This document shows, piece by piece, positions 62,201 to 64,000 of a stretch of 64,000 nt of DNA (its first letter is position 1; every line of letters starts with the position of its first letter). Both the position numbers and the translations under genes were made by a program. The notes below the pieces were generated by a model. The model did not search any database, was not told the DNA's origin, and worked only from the letters and a program-made list of their open reading frames with translations. This DNA comes from Azolla caroliniana (Eukaryota > Plantae > Polypodiophyta), in the NCBI GenBank assembly GCA_043228905.1, contig JBHGNT010000022.1, positions 12,462,001-12,526,000 on the forward strand, read 5' to 3'.

Positions 62201-62849
62201 GATGCGAAGTTTGTTCTATCGAGCTTCTTGGTGGGAAGAGCGCTTCCTATCTGAGTGTTCATTGTCGAACTTCTTCTACTCTTGATGCGAACTATGCAAA
62301 TTGTTGCAACAACGATCGATCGTTTCTCTCTGAATATGAGCATGAGCACAACACACGTAAAGGCGATGGGCGTGGATCAAGCTACCACGCGCTCTGATAC
62401 CATGTAAAGAATGAGACTCGTGGGTGGTGCAACAGAAGCGTACTTTGTGTATGTGTAAGTGTAGTAATACAATAACACAAGAGAGAGAGAGAGAGAGAGC
62501 TCTAAACAAGAAAAGTGTGTATTACATCCAACTACAACTAAGTTACAAAAGGTTGGTTTAAATACCAACTAGTCTAGGGCAAATGCCCTTTCTACTAATT
62601 ACAGAAATGTCCTAGTAAGTTGTCCACTGCCTATTGTGAACACTATTCCTATGGGAAGTTGAGTTCAATTCTCAACACAATGTGATTGCTGAGAATATGC
62701 GTCGTCACCTATGCGTAGCGCAAAATCGGGTCGCCGAGAGAGGGCATCTGCTTTCCCATGTTGAATGCCCGGTCGAAACTGACAGGAACTAGCGCGGAAG
62801 TATTGCTCGACCACAATCGAGTCTCAAGTCACTCTATGAAGGACCAAAC

Positions 62850-64000
62850 ATAGAAATGGGAAATAGGTATGATGAATGCACGTACACAAAACAACGATAG
62901 AGAACACAAGATGTTTACATGGAAAACCCTAATCGGGAAAAACCACGGAGCCCATGAACTCCGAACTATCACTATATGAGAGGAAATACAAAATGGAAAC
63001 ACAGAGGCAACGGCCTCGTGCTTGCCCTATCACACATTGTGTACGCTCTATCAACACACTATATGTGGTTGCCCTAAGTCATATTTATACTCATGTGACT
63101 TTAGGTCTATTTACAAATATAGCCTCAATGGGCTTACTCTAACATATTTACAAATATGTCCTTGGATCTGGTTTGCACCGGATCCATCCGGATTCACTCC
63201 ATCCGGTTTCCGGGTCTCATCTGGAACCCTTCTAGATCCGATTCCTTCATCCGGCTCGTCCGGTTCTCATCCGGATCCCATTCGGAGGGACCGAATTCCC
63301 CTTCACTCCGGCATGGGATTTCTTGTTAATCCGATCCGTCTTCAGCATGCATTGTCACGTTGTTACACGCGTGCGTGTAGAAGGGGCGGGACCACGTGGG
63401 TCTCGGATGAGAGAGAGATGGAGTATGGAAGGGTTTCCGGATACGTACAGGGAGCAACCGTATGGGAGAGGGAAAACTACGCGTCCGGTTCTCATCCGGA
63501 TCCCATTCGGAGGGACCGAATTCCCCTTCACTCCGGCATGGGATTTCTTGTTAATCCAATCCGTCTTCAGCACGCGTTGTTACGCACGTGCGTGTAGAAG
63601 GGGCGGGACCACGTGGGTCTCGGACGAGAGAGAGATGGAGTATGGAAGGTCAAGCCTCACTTCTTCCCGCGATCGGCCAAGACACCAACCAGAGTGTTTC
63701 CGGATATGTACAGGGAGCAACCGTATGGGAGAGGGAAAAGTGCGCGCACGCAATACTTACTAGGCACACGCATCCTATGTACAGAAACTAGAAAGAAGGA
63801 ACTCCAAAGACACCAACAAAGACACAGATGCACAGAACTTCAATATATATATATATGTATGTACAAGAGAAAGATACAACTCCGGCTCTGAGCCGGACTG
63901 AGTTAGGCTAGGTCACAACAGCAGTTTACCGCCAAGCCGCTGTCGGGGAGCTCTCGGGCTCGTCGCGCCGAGCGGGGTCTTGCACAGGAGGCTGAACAGA
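62850..64000 (-). mobile_element. Diverged LTR and ORF end of the 52289 copia family, with another LTR inserted and a 225-nt tandem duplication
   Basis: 62918-62950 and 63070-63135 match the reverse complement of 52745-52782 and 52465-52525; 63257-63476 is repeated at 63482-63739. Confidence 0.7.

Larger units (their letters stand above)
42523..62677 (-). mobile_element. Rearranged copia complex acting as host for later insertions: 3' LTR split at 42523-42562 + 51367-51764, RT/RNase H deleted, two gag-protease-integrase sets, PBS 62391-62402, 5' LTR 62403-62677
   Basis: PPT next to 51764; integrase/protease fragments at 57650-60006 and 60007-62270 (WFVDSG, HSDVWGP, RRKLDPKSE-like); TGGTATCAGAGC on the minus strand. 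The two LTRs differ, so at least two elements are joined. Confidence 0.75.

Overview
Repeat-rich plant nuclear DNA, most likely from a non-seed plant such as a fern (inferred from a Tcn1-type chromovirus and an RTEX-like LINE). Three intron-containing host genes were reconstructed from splice sites. They are a 2OG-Fe(II) oxygenase (At5g48020-like, minus, runs off the left edge), a SLC25A44-type mitochondrial carrier (plus, 16695-21495) and a SirB1/transglutaminase-like gene (At4g19160-like, minus, 27785-31560). A 12-kb Mutator-like element (80-bp TIRs, 9-bp TSD) filled with nested LTR elements separates the two head-to-head genes. From 39.6 kb to the end is a nest of LTR retrotransposons that includes a very young intact Tnt1-like copia (52289-57646) and a full-length non-chromovirus Ty3/gypsy (42563-51361). 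The most striking observation concerns this gypsy and a distant relative at 5.7-8.2 kb. Neither has a polypurine tract next to the 3' LTR. Both instead carry a sequence resembling the 3' end of tRNA-Arg(UCU), ending in CCA 2 nt before the LTR, and both encode a conserved extra coiled-coil ORF. Separately, two chromovirus-type LTRs carry tRNA-like A-box/B-box units, and one has a long heat-shock-element array. Homology calls come from remembered motifs; no searches were run.
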